A stretch of DNA of 64,000 nt. Origin: Octopus bimaculoides (taxonomy: Eukaryota). The DNA lies in the NCBI RefSeq assembly GCF_001194135.2, contig NC_068984.1, forward strand, positions 134,163,073 through 134,227,072, written 5' to 3'. Every line of letters starts with the position of its first letter. The stretch's first letter is position 1. Below, piece by piece: positions 11,946 through 24,839 of this stretch. The notes beneath the pieces were generated by a model. It worked only from the letters and a program-made list of their open reading frames with translations. It did no database searches and had not been told where the DNA came from. Made by a program: the position numbers and the translations under genes.

Positions 11946-12436
11946 ATAAATATAATATTACTAACAATTTTTACGCAAACAGTATGGTTGACGTGCTCTT
12001 TTTAAAGATTCGAATTTAATTGATATTTCAAAGAAATTTCAAATACTACCTCTATAAATAATGAATGGCTTTAACGGCATTCTAACTGCATTACAACTGC
12101 AGTCTAACTATTACCAGAAATGACAATTACTTTTCACTTCTTTCTTATTGATTCCTTTCATCTGAAAATTTCGAAGAACCTCAGACCTTGGCTGCCTTGT
12201 TTTCCATTTAACAATTATTCATTTGTTCGCCTAACACGGTGTTGATATAATGTCGAAAAGGTATTTTTATGGCAGTCAGTTAAAAAGGCTACATTCTGAA
12301 ACATTTTGACATCATAACAGCTTATTCAAAGTACTTCTGTTTAGGACTATTCAACATCGTAAGCAATTCTGCTTTAATATAATACAATACATTCTAATAT
12401 ATAATATAATATAATATAATAGCAAAATAAGACTAT

Positions 12437-12471
12437 ATGGCGAGTAGAACATTACAGCTACCACCACCGAC
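12437..12471 (+). CDS. CD36-like candidate exon 1 ([12 protein letters not shown]), followed by a 55-nt intron
   Basis: ATG at 12437, donor AC|GTAACT at 12472, and acceptor ttttatattgtttcatAG at 12526. The phase-2 join is in frame with exon 2. Confidence 0.55.
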
Positions 12472-15268
12472 GTAACTGATTGTATTTATGCGACCTGGGG
12501 CAAATCTGTTTTATATTGTTTCATAGTTGTCTCTCACGGCAATATACACCAATGATTGATCGATCATATTGGGGTAAAAAAATCGAAGAGACTGGTGTAC
12601 GCCAGCATGGAACATCAAGCCGTATTTTAGGCATTGGCATTTTCATCACTGGATTACTGTTTCTAGCTGTTGCTCTCATCATGGGATTTGAGTTCCCCAA
12701 ACTCATCTACACTGGAATTACTGGCCGGCAGTGTTATTTCTCTGACCAAAGTATAAACTATGAACAATGGGTAAGTCAACGTTTTCACTTCTTTCAAACA
12801 CTGGCGTTGCATCCTACTCTTTTATTCATTATTTTACTAATTTAGATCATTGGATCACCCAATCTGGTTCATCACTCGGGTACGCGGCCCTTGTGTGTAT
12901 AGTTTCTGATGATAAGGATTTTAAACTCTGTTGGAATCATAAATACTTCAGTTTCAGCTTTGAGTCAACCAGTGTGACAATGTTTTCTTTTGCTTATTTC
13001 TACCATGTTTACCTTTTTCAAATATTAGCTGTGTAGGAGCATTCATGTTATTTCCTCAGCATAGCACCCTGTAGCTTTATTATTTGCTTATTCTAATTTT
13101 ATTTCAATTTCCGTTGTTTCTTCTCTCTCTTCACAAATGTTTGCCATTCCAGCTTCTGTTTCGTATTTGTTACCTTCATAAAAGACAAGATTTTTTTTGT
13201 AGTTATTTGTCCTAATTTTCCATTATTCCTTACCAGATATTTTTGTTACCCTACAGTGGATATTTTACGATAATTTACTAGTTGCATAAAGCCCTTACCT
13301 TCTTGTATTCGAGGTAAATATAAACATGCTTATGAAAGATTTTGGGTGCTGTATTCTGAACGTAGCCTTTAATTTTCTTGCCTTTTTGTCTGTCTAGTCT
13401 TTCTGGTTCCTTTAGTATTCAGTTAACAATAACGATACATTATTACTGTGACAGCTAGAGTATTGATGCCCATCACTTCATTTTATTTATTTTGCATTTA
13501 GCTCGGTTTCCAGTATTGATCTAATACGTTTATGTTACTTTCTCACTTTTCTATCATTTGTATGCTTCGTTTTCAGTCTAGTTCGTTGATTATGAATTAA
13601 GTGTGTTTTGATCTAATTCTCTTATCTTCATTTCTTTATCTAGTATAATATAACTGTTCTTAATTAATTTTCCTTTCTTCTGGAAAAAAACATTGCATTG
13701 GCGTTGTTGTTGTTGTTCTTCTTCTTCTTCGTATTATTATTATTATTATTATTAGGGTGGCGAGCAGGCAAAATCGTTTGGGTATCGGACAGAGTACATA
13801 GCAATATATCTTCCGACACATTACATTCTAAGTTCAAACTCCGCCAAGATCGACGCTATTCTTTTATATCGACCGGTACTTATTTTATCGACCCCGATAA
13901 GATGAAATGCCTTCTAAATCAGTTTATTTTACATTATGAAATGCCTTTCATCTTATCGGGGTCGATAAAATAAGTACCAGTCGAGCATTGGGGTCGATAT
14001 AAAAGACTAGCCCTTCCCTCTAAATTTCAGGCCTTCTACCTATAGTGGAAAGGGTTATCATTATTGTTTTGTTTTCCCCCCGGAATTGTTGCTGTACCCG
14101 GTTTAATTGTATTCCACATCGAGGAACAGCATGTGATCTCAGATGAGGAATATTTTGTGCCTTCTGTATAAAAGACTTTGCCTTTCATCCTTTCAAGGTC
14201 GATTAAATAAGTACCAGTTACGCACCGGGTTCGATGTGATCGACTTAATCCCTTTGTTTTTCCCCTCTATATTTAGAAATAAATACTTTACTTTTCCGAA
14301 CCGGCATGCCACATCGATTTTAGTAGTCACTTCTTCTTGTAGATGACTGTTGTATGCAATCTGTTGCATTCTACTCTTTCAATCTGTACAAGAAAGCCAC
14401 ACAGCAACCTCACTTTGTCGTTTCTCAGTACTGGCATTTTTTCTGTGCAAGCAAAACCAAATTTCCTGCAAAAATTACTGTGTATCATTGCAACACTCTT
14501 ATGGTTATACTTCTTGTATTCATTCTGAGCAAGTTTAATGACACTCGAAAACAACTCATCCATACCGGAACTGTGACTAGTAGAAAACACCGAGACAAAG
14601 AGCATGAAACTGATGATACAGAGTAGAAAACTTAGCTGCTTGATTTGTCGGAGTAAAACCTACCTAAGAGCCAAATGTATGGGCTCTATGCAAATGAAGT
14701 ACGAAACGGAAATATAAGATCTGAGTTCAAAAATACTATTGGCTACTAATAAAGGTCTCCGAGATATTTACCTGACGAAAACATGGGTTCTTATTTATCC
14801 ACTCAGAACAAAGAACTCACAGACGATTCTACTCTCGCCATCATTACATTGATCAACTGGAGAGGTTGTGTAAAGACAGCAGAATGCTCTGATCAATGTA
14901 AATGGACTTTTGAATTTTATATATCTTGTTTTAATTTATGCATTTCATGTAATTATTTGTATGTTGCCTCTTTAAAGTTTTCAAATTTACATTGTAAAAT
15001 AGCAAAATGGTCGAAAGTATAAAAGCTTCTTGGAATATTGTTAACAACAAACTCATTATCATATAAACAACAGTAGGTTTTAAATCATTCTAAATATCTA
15101 TATTCTAAATGTCTAGTCTAACGGTATTCTGAGATGATCATACTTCTGGCAAAAGAACTTTGGAGTTTTGGTGTCCATTCTACTAAGTCAGTTTATTTTA
15201 CATTATACTTCCCAAGTTTTACTTTTGCAATCTTTGTCTACATTTTATAGCCAGTTTAAACAAATATT

Positions 15269-15304
<36 letters not shown>

Positions 15305-15342
15305 AATATTCGTATGTGTATATATACAAATATTCGTGTATG

Positions 15343-15387
<45 letters not shown>

Positions 15388-18300
15388 GACACGTCTATAA
15401 CATTATTCTGCATATGTTTATCTCTGTGATAAAATATTTAATGCCATTTGTCTTCAAGACTGCTGAAATATTTGTCTGAAACATATCTTTATTTTTCTCC
15501 TTATTAGAAAAATGATGACTTCTACACACACTATAACAGGATTTATTATTTCGTGATTGACAATGTCGACGACTATTTGTACAGAAAACAGAAGCCCAAG
15601 GTATGTTGCTTCAACCGTTTCTATAAGTATACATCATTCTCGAGTATTATTTATTATTAACACAATCATGTCGTTGAAAACTGGATGTTTATGTTAGCTT
15701 ACCATCTATAAAATTCGCTCCCAAGCCTTCCTATAGCTGTAGCTAGATATTGTGAGGTAAAAACAATTCTTTAAACTAAGATGTTTGCTGTAAAGGAGAG
15801 GAATAAACTGCTGTTACTCAGTTGGCCAGTCGTTATAGAATACGCAATACAAGTCAACCTAGAAGAACTGATACAGCTTTAAAAGCCTTACTAATAATTA
15901 ATGTGTGCATATTAAGCTAATATCAATTATTCCTATATTCAAAATACATAATACTTGCATCATTTTGTGATATTTATAGTAGCTTATGTGTGTGTGTGTG
16001 TGTGGCTGTTAGATGTGATTACCACTTGTGCTTGAGCTAATTAGCTAACAGCTGTATATGACTGCAGATGTTGGGAGCTGTCTGTTGTGTCTAGCGTCGG
16101 AGGTCAACAGTTGTATACAGAAGAAAACGACGAAATCTGTTGAGGTTTTTACGGACAAAATTACATGTTCTCTCCATTTGACAAGCTGCCACACTGTTTC
16201 TGTCAACTCAGTTTCATTCATAAGTCATGGGTCAACTTGAGCTTATAGTAAAAGATACCAGCCCAAGATTCCACACCTGATGAGACTGAATAATTTCAAA
16301 ACACCAGGTATTGCAGAGTCCCTTGCGCTAATGTGTCAAATATGTTATGAGAATACATTTATTGTAAAGGAGAAATTGTTCTGTGACAAAACACAACAGC
16401 AGTTGGCATATTCACATTTGGATCTTCTGGAATGTATTAAGAATAAATATGTGAGACATCGTTTTGATTCTTGCTAGTTACCGTGCATATAACGATTTAT
16501 TTTAAACTTTATATTTGATTTTTAGTGCTTTTAGTTGCTAACTGAGAGTTCTGCTTGATACAGCAGGGATATTTGCTCAGTTGTGATTACAGTGACTTGG
16601 GCTTGTACATATATCATTTTAATCAACAAGAATGAAATAGTTTAAATGCTAATACAAAACTATGAAGTAATACATTTTTAATGCAACAGACACTGGATGG
16701 TATAGCATTTTTAATTCTATCCCCAACATAAAAAAAAAAAACAAAAAGCAAAACAAAACAAAACAAAGAAACCCACATTTGACATAATGAATGATTTGAA
16801 TGACAAAACAAAATTGAGATAATAACATTGCTTGAAGAGAAAAGTAGGAACAACAGAAGCTTTTCAAAACTGGGGAAGAAAATATTTTTATTAAGTTTTG
16901 ATGAAGCAGTAATAGTAGTAGTTGTAGCAGCAGCAATAGTAGTAGTAGTAGTAGTAGTTGTTGTTGTAGTAGTAATCATGACTAATGTTGTTTTAATTAT
17001 TTCGGCAAATTTGGGAAAAAGACTCTACATATTTCATTCTTATGATCTTATGATCTCACCAGAAGGAATTGAGACTTTTATAGTCATCAAAATTTATGTC
17101 TTTTTTTATTTTGTAATATCCATAAAATGTGATAGTTTGGTATTTCAGATACGTGAAGTCGGACCCTATGTCTATAAAGAGTCTAGAAAACATACACAAA
17201 TAGATTTATTAGGATCAAAGCTATCTTATGAAATATTACGACAGCAGACTTTTGATGAGCATCAAACGAGGTTAGAATGTGGTATAAATTGCCATGAAAA
17301 TGATAAGGTATGTTCTCTCTTTCTCCTTCCTTTTTTAAATTGGCCATTATAACGTTCAGTTTACGGTGAAAATACTTGCTAATTTGATATTGGTAAAGTA
17401 TAAAAATTGTATAATTGATACCAACATTATTGATTTGCTTTAATCTTACAAGATGAACAAGTTAATAATATAATTTTGTTTTTGTTTCAAAAGTGGAAAA
17501 ACATAACGTTAATGTTCAAACATTTAAGTGGTGCCATAGTAGAAGAAACAGTTTACTGGTTAATAGAAACCATAAAAAGGCCTTTATGCAGGCTTGCTTC
17601 ATGTTAGCCAATGTCTTTTGAAAGGGTATGATTACAACAAAATTCTCATTTACCCTTACACTAAAACACAGGTTGTTTTTTCTCTACCCAATCAAAACAT
17701 ATCTAGTAGTTATACTGCTACTAATAGACCTAGGATTAAATTTCTTGAATCCAAGTTTGTAATTCTGTTTCAATCCTTGACTGTGGCTTATTTTTTTTCC
17801 TATTATTCTTGGGCAAGAAATCACACAAACTCATTTTATTTGCCTTTTGAATCAACCAGAAATTTACTTAGACCTTGTTTAGCCCTGACTGAGCAAACCG
17901 TTCTAGCAATAACTGCCTCATCTTTATTAAGATGTCATCTAAAATTACATTATTCAGTGTTCTGGGCACAAAGGTGAGACACGAGGGAGATATAGTTGCT
18001 ATTTCTAGTACCTTGATTGGCTATGCAGAGATTCTGTCATTACTGCATGTCAGGGGAAATGTGTAAGGCAAATACTTTTATTTGCAGCTAAGTCTTTTAA
18101 GAACACCAGAGCAGAGTATCTGCTGCATCAGCCTGACCAATATCAATATGTCATTTGTATTGTTTAGAATTAATTCAATATATTTCTTTCTATTTCATAC
18201 TTGGAAGCTGAACATTTTTAACTTGGAATACTTATACAATGTTTCTTTGTGGGGAGGAGAAAATAATTTTATACTTTCAAACATCCCTGATCTCTTACAA

Positions 18301-21300
18301 CATCAACTTCATTTAGCTTTCATATTATATAATGGTACAGACTTTTATGGTGACTTAGCGAAATTCCCATCAGAAGATTGGTTGCAGAGTAACCCAAATG
18401 CTTCCCTCAATTGGTCTATCACTAATTGGATAACTCAACAGACGATAATACCTGAGCAGTTATTAACAAACTTGTCTTTCAACAGAGATGAGATACAAGC
18501 TCTGTACAATGTGATTATAGATCCTCAAAAATTTGGTACAACCTGCTTAAATGGTCTCAAGAGTTCCACCCAATGCATCAATGCTGAACAGAAGATGACT
18601 GAAAATGAATGTGTTTATAAAGACACTAATCAACATTGTAAAAATGCACAAAAAACAGAAAAGCAGAATGCTACATCTGAATTTGGTTTAATCCAACATT
18701 TAGAAAATTGGAAATTAACCAATGACACGATCCATCATGAACATATCCAACAGTTATTATGCTCAACTGTTGCAAACTTCTCTGTCAATTCCACCACTGA
18801 CTGTTTTGTCTTTGACAAACACAACATGACTTTGAATATTTTCATGGATCTGCTCTTTGATTATATTTTCTCACATTTGGCCTTGCTCAGTCATAATTCT
18901 TTGCCACCAGAATCCAGGAATCTAATTTTCACAAGTACTCAACAGGATATAGCGAAAGGTTATTTTACAGGAGAATACAAACACAAAGGTATCTTGACTA
19001 ACAATTTTGATGTGAAAGACACATTCCAGGAAAACCCCAGGTGGATATTTTATACCTGCCTTCATGAAAACCATATTAAAAACAACTTTCTTCTGACTGG
19101 TGAGTATAACATTTATAGAGTATTTTTGAACAAAACATTACAAATAATGTAGGTATGTATGTATGTATGCATGTATGTATGTATGCATGTATGTATGTAT
19201 GTATGTATGCATGTATGTATGTATGTATCTTGAGTATTGAGGCAATGGTGCACAAGCACCGGTTATGTTGGACTGGACACCTTATTAGAATGAAGGATAG
19301 CAGGATTCCTAAGCAGATGCTATATGGAGAACTTGTGAATGGAAAGAGACTCTGGCAGAAACCAAGGTTGCGATTTAAGGACTGTGTCATGTCCTCATTA
19401 AAGGCTTGTGATATGCAGGATACTGACTGGGGGAACAATGCCTGTCATCGTCACAAATGGAAGAAGCAGGTTAAGGAGGGGATTGATACTTTTGAGAGAG
19501 CACGTATCCAGCATGAAGAACTTAAGCGAGCTGTGCAGCTTGTATAGTGAATGGGGAAAGCTCGGTCTGCAATGTTTGCAGTCGTGTATGCTTATCAAGA
19601 GCAGGGCTCATTAGCCACCAACAGAGCCACAAATGCAAAATATAAGTTAGTCCTAGAGCGCACAATGTTCCTGAAGGTCAGCAATGGTCTTCCTCGGTCA
19701 CGAGTGGATGGCCATCATCATGATCATGTATGTATGTATGTATGTATGTGTGGTGTGTAGGTATGTGTGTGTATGTATGTAAGTAAGCATTTATATGTGT
19801 TTTTGTGTAAACTGAGAGGCCTTATGTCCAGCAGTGGTGGTAACATTGCTAATTGTGCATTTCTGCCACCTTGGGTTTCATCAGTAGGCCATGCTGGGGC
19901 ATTGCCTGAAGGGTTTAGGTGACCAAGTCGACCCTAATACCTACTATTAAGTCTGGTAATTATTCTAATTTGCTTTTTTTTTGTTGTTCTGCTAAGTTAC
20001 AGTTGTAAAAAAAAAAACAAAAAAAACAAAAGCCAAGGGATGGAAAATGGTATACACAAACACAAACGTACACTCACATATACAGTGGGCTTCCACACAG
20101 TTTCTGTGTACCTTATTCACTCACAAGGCACTTGTAGGTCTGGGGGCTACATTAGTAGACATTGTACAAAGTGCTGTGTTGTGGGACTAAGCTCACAACC
20201 ACATGGTTACAAGTGAGCTTCTTAATTATACAAATATTCATGTACTTGTAAATATGATTGAATATGAATCTACACTAGGATTTTAATTATTATTGTTGTG
20301 AATAAGATTTATTATTATTTGTTAAATTCAAATTACGATAAATGTAAACAAACAAATGAAGTTTGCTTTTAGAACCGTTGAGATGTCTTAGAAAGTTAAA
20401 GAAGTGATTTTTAAATTCTCAAACGCAGGATAATGCTAATAATATAGCCTGAACAGGATAAGCTACCCCTATTTTGCAGAAAAAAGTGTTGGCAACTAGC
20501 TATTATTATTGTTACAGAATAAATGAATAAGGAATAAGTTTTCTTGCTTTCCCTAAAATATAACAGATAGGCCAATCAATTGTGGTGGAGATAAATATTT
20601 ATCTATGAAATATATCACAGCAGATATCTCAAAGAATGTAGAACACAATAAAAAAACAATAGCTCCGTTGTTTAAAACCTAACATACCCGAACACAAGAC
20701 GTTTTCTAAAATAAGTTCCGCAGTAGGATGTTCACTGAAAAATTTACAACATTAATCAAGATTTTAATTTTTTGAATTAGCCAATAAATACTGCTTAAAT
20801 AATTGCAGAATATGACAACCATACCTGCATCCCAGCAATTTACTTCCCACGAGTCACAGCATCATCAAAGCTAAAAGTGAATGGTTACGTATATTTTACA
20901 CCACAGGCTCCACTTACGACTGTATGCCGAACCCCAGTATTTTACTCAGATAAATATTCAATGTTTATGCCTGAGTTCTGGCGAACATTGACATTTTCTA
21001 AGCAGAATGAGCTAGAAATGAACTGTGTCCGAGTGGGCAGATATTTACCTGTTAATGGTAAGTATAAATTCATTATGGACAAAATATTGATAAATTAGAA
21101 ATTCTCTGAAAATCAATGAAATATTCTTACTACTTTTGGCTCAAGACCAGCAGTTTTGAGGGTTGGTGGCTAATTGATTACATTGACCCAAGTACTTGTT
21201 TAGTATTTTATTTTATCAATACCAAAAGATGAAAGGCAAAAATAGCCTTGGTGGTATTTGAATTCAAAATGTAAAGAGATGAAAGATATGCTACAAAGCA

Positions 21301-24185
21301 TTTTGTCTGGTGCAGTAACAATAACATTTAAAAAAAAAAAAAAAACGGGAAAAATAATCCAGAATCCTTGTCCGGTGCTGGATTGATCCCAAAATCTAAT
21401 CAGTTTGTGCCAGTTATGAGGCAAAACATCCCTGAAAGTTTCATCTGAATCCATCCAGCGATTCTTGTGGTATCTTGTCCATGGACAAACAAACAAACAA
21501 ACAGACATGACTAAAAACAATACGTCTGCCTTTGCTAAGGAGGTAATAATAATCCTTTCCACAAAGGCACAAGGCCTGAAATTTGTTGAGAGGGGGACTA
21601 GTCAATTCCATTGCCTCCAGTATATAACTGGTACTTAATTTATCAATCCTGTAAGGACGAAAGGCAAATTTGACCTTGGTGGAATTTGAACTCAGAACAT
21701 AGCAATTTCATTCAGCGTGCTAACAATTCTGCCAGTATTGTAGAGATACAATATCAGAGACATAAGTAAAAATTGAAATAAGTTTATTTGTTTAATTATT
21801 CTGCTCTTTAAATCCTCTCATTATTGAATGTTTTCCTTCCTCTTTTTAAAGAACAAACACAATCATTCCAAATGATCAAAACGCCAAAAATTGTATATTG
21901 GGATTACACAGTAAAAAGAGGGAAAGCAAAGGGAGATAAGCAATCTTTTTAATTGTTTCGTATGTTCAAATTTGTATTGAAGAACAGAAAGAGAATATTC
22001 GATTATGAAAAAAGTATTCAATAAATAAACTATTTAATTTTCTGCTTATGTCTTTGATATCGTATTCCTGCAATACATGTTTACCATTTTTGTGAGTAAA
22101 TATGCTCACTGTATCACGAATTACCTTTATTTTATTGATGTTGCACAATGAAACATGTTATAATATATTTCTCAAACAGATTTAATTTTAAAACTATAAA
22201 TCATGTTTTAAAGATCGTTTTTCTTTTTATTTTCCCTTAAAACAGTTATTCTGACACAGCATAATAAAAGAGTAAATATGCTATATGTTCCTCAAATAAA
22301 CTTTCTTCTAAAAATAATTCATCTCAAAATTTGGTGTTCTCAGTATTTGGTCTTCTGGTCCTTTGGCACTCTGTTCATTAGGGGACTTGAAACATGGCTT
22401 GCTCATGCTTGGCCTTATTGAAATTGATTGTATATAAGTAACTACTGACCCTGAAAATTGTTGACTGGCCTAGTACCTAAATTAGAAACCATTAAATAGA
22501 TTTAATATACATTCTTATATTTGTATTATTTTCCACTTCATATTATTAAAGACTGGGTTTTTTTAATTCACTTCAATTGAATTCCTGACTACAGCATCAT
22601 TTAATTCCAGTGCCAACCTTTCTTTAGCTGTGTTTGAGCTTCAATAGAGTGAGAATAAAAAGTTTCTTTTTTTCTCCATGAAATTATGAATGCAAATATA
22701 GCAAATGAGAGCTATCAATCATATTGATAAATATCTGCATACTCTTTTACTTGTTTCAGTCATTTGACTGTTGCCATGCTGGAGCACCACCTTTAGTCGA
22801 CCAAATCGACCCCAGGACTTATTCTTTGTAAGCCTAGTACTTATTCTATCGGTCTCTTTTGCCGAATCGCTAAGTTACAGGGGACGTAAACACACTACCA
22901 TCGGTTGTCAAGCAATGTTGGGGGGGACAAACAGAGACACACAAACATATACACACACACATATATATATATACATATATATGACAGGCTTCTTTCAGTT
23001 TCCGTCTACCAAATCCACTCACAAGGCTTTGGTCAGTCTGAGGCTATAGTAGAAGACACTTGCCCAAGGTGCCATGCAGTGGGACTGAACCTGGAACCCT
23101 GTGGTTGGTAAGCAAGCTACTTACCACACAGCCACTTCTATGCCTATATTCACTTTTACTTGGACACATGATTCTAATTTTGGAAAAGGAAAGAAATAGT
23201 AGACCCAGGTATAATACTCATTCTTATGACATTAAGTGCAGAAAGCTGGAAGCAAATTTGATTCCAGAGGAATTCAAAGATATGAGTTAGAAACTCAGCT
23301 GTGTGAAGCTAAATGACTTAAGGAATTACAACTCTGCACTCTTTATATGAATTTAGATATTGATTTACAACATTGGCATAATGGACACAAATTATGGTGT
23401 GGAAGGCAAGTCAATTAAATTAACACCAGTACTTCACTGGTACTCGATTTATCAACCACTGTATTTTATCTGTAAAATATTCGAAGGTAAACTCCATACC
23501 GTTATGATTTGAGTTTAGCAGAAAAGATATGTAACCAAATACAAAAATGCATAAATTTGTCCTATATTCTACTGATTCTGTCTTTTACTCTTAAAAATTA
23601 ATGTTAAATGACTTCAGGCTTTTCCCAGCAAATGCCTATCTGTAATAATATTTCTTCAATTCTTAGATGAATTTAAAGTCGATGGATTCTTCATTGAAGA
23701 GGATGGTATTCAGAATGTTACTCAACAATGTGGTTATATGAGTTTCTTAAGTCATCCCTACTCAACAGCCAGCAATATTACACAAGTAGAAAGAAAAACA
23801 AAAAGCAACAAATCCCATTGTTATGTAATTATTTTCTTTATACAAATATTAATTTCACTCTCTTTCTTCTTCTCCACTTACTCTATAAAACACTATTTTA
23901 CGCTTTATACTCTAATTTCCTTATTTTCTTATGAACTCTTTTTTTCAAATATTTGTTTCTGCCTTCTTCAATTCTTTCCTTCCATATTTTATTCTAGCTT
24001 CAATATATTGAAACAGTTGATAATAAATACATGCATACATATATACATTCAAATCTGTACATATACATACACACAAAAATACCCTGTTGGTGTTGTTGAA
24101 ATTCCAATGAAGGAGCCTTGGATCTAGGTCAGAAACTGGCTCTTTTTCTATTGACAAGAAATCTTGAAATAAAACTGAATAATGT

Positions 24186-24228
<43 letters not shown>

Positions 24229-24804
24229 GTATGTGCAACGGAAGCAATATTTGTTTAAAATAGTAATGTGTGTATTATACTTAATGCAGAGTTATCATGG
24301 AAAGTCAAATTTACTGCATTATTCATCCTGAGAGAGGATATCTCTTATAGATGCACAATGCTAAATAACACAAAAATATACCAGTTGCAGACTAAAATTA
24401 CTCAGCAGCAGGTGTGAGAATGTTAGATGCACATTTCTGCCTTGCTTAGTTTTGTCAGTAGAAAGTCCACCAACTTGTCATAGCTTATGCATGTTCCTGT
24501 GACCTCTTAGCACTCATTCAGAATGATGCAGACCACCTTGGTTTCTGATTGAATGCTTCCAGCATTTTGTTACTGATGCCTGTGTAAATAGACATATCCT
24601 ACCTCTGTCCCTATTCTAGCAGAATGAGTAAGTTGATTACATTAACCCCCAGTATTCAACTGGTACTTATTTTATTGACCCTGAAGGGATGAAAGGCAAA
24701 GTCAACTTTTGCAGAGTTTGAACTCAGAATGTAAAGATGGATGAAATGCCGCTAAGCATTTTACCCAGCATGCTAACAGTTCTGTCGTTTTGCTGCCTTC
24801 AGTA

Positions 24805-24839
<35 letters not shown>

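Noticed and set aside
16000-16620. Complex intronic block with short ORFs
   Set aside because: Probably an unclassified repeat, but no termini or protein motif could be supported.
16828-17148. 5' part of the 174-aa ORF with a poly-Val TM-like run
   Set aside because: A (GTA/GTT)n intronic microsatellite; only 17149-17307 is exonic.
23786-23791. Alternative donor CAA|GTAGAA for CD36-like exon 7
   Set aside because: Poor consensus, and it would delete the His-containing segment normally preceding iEP.TG; 23825 is preferred.
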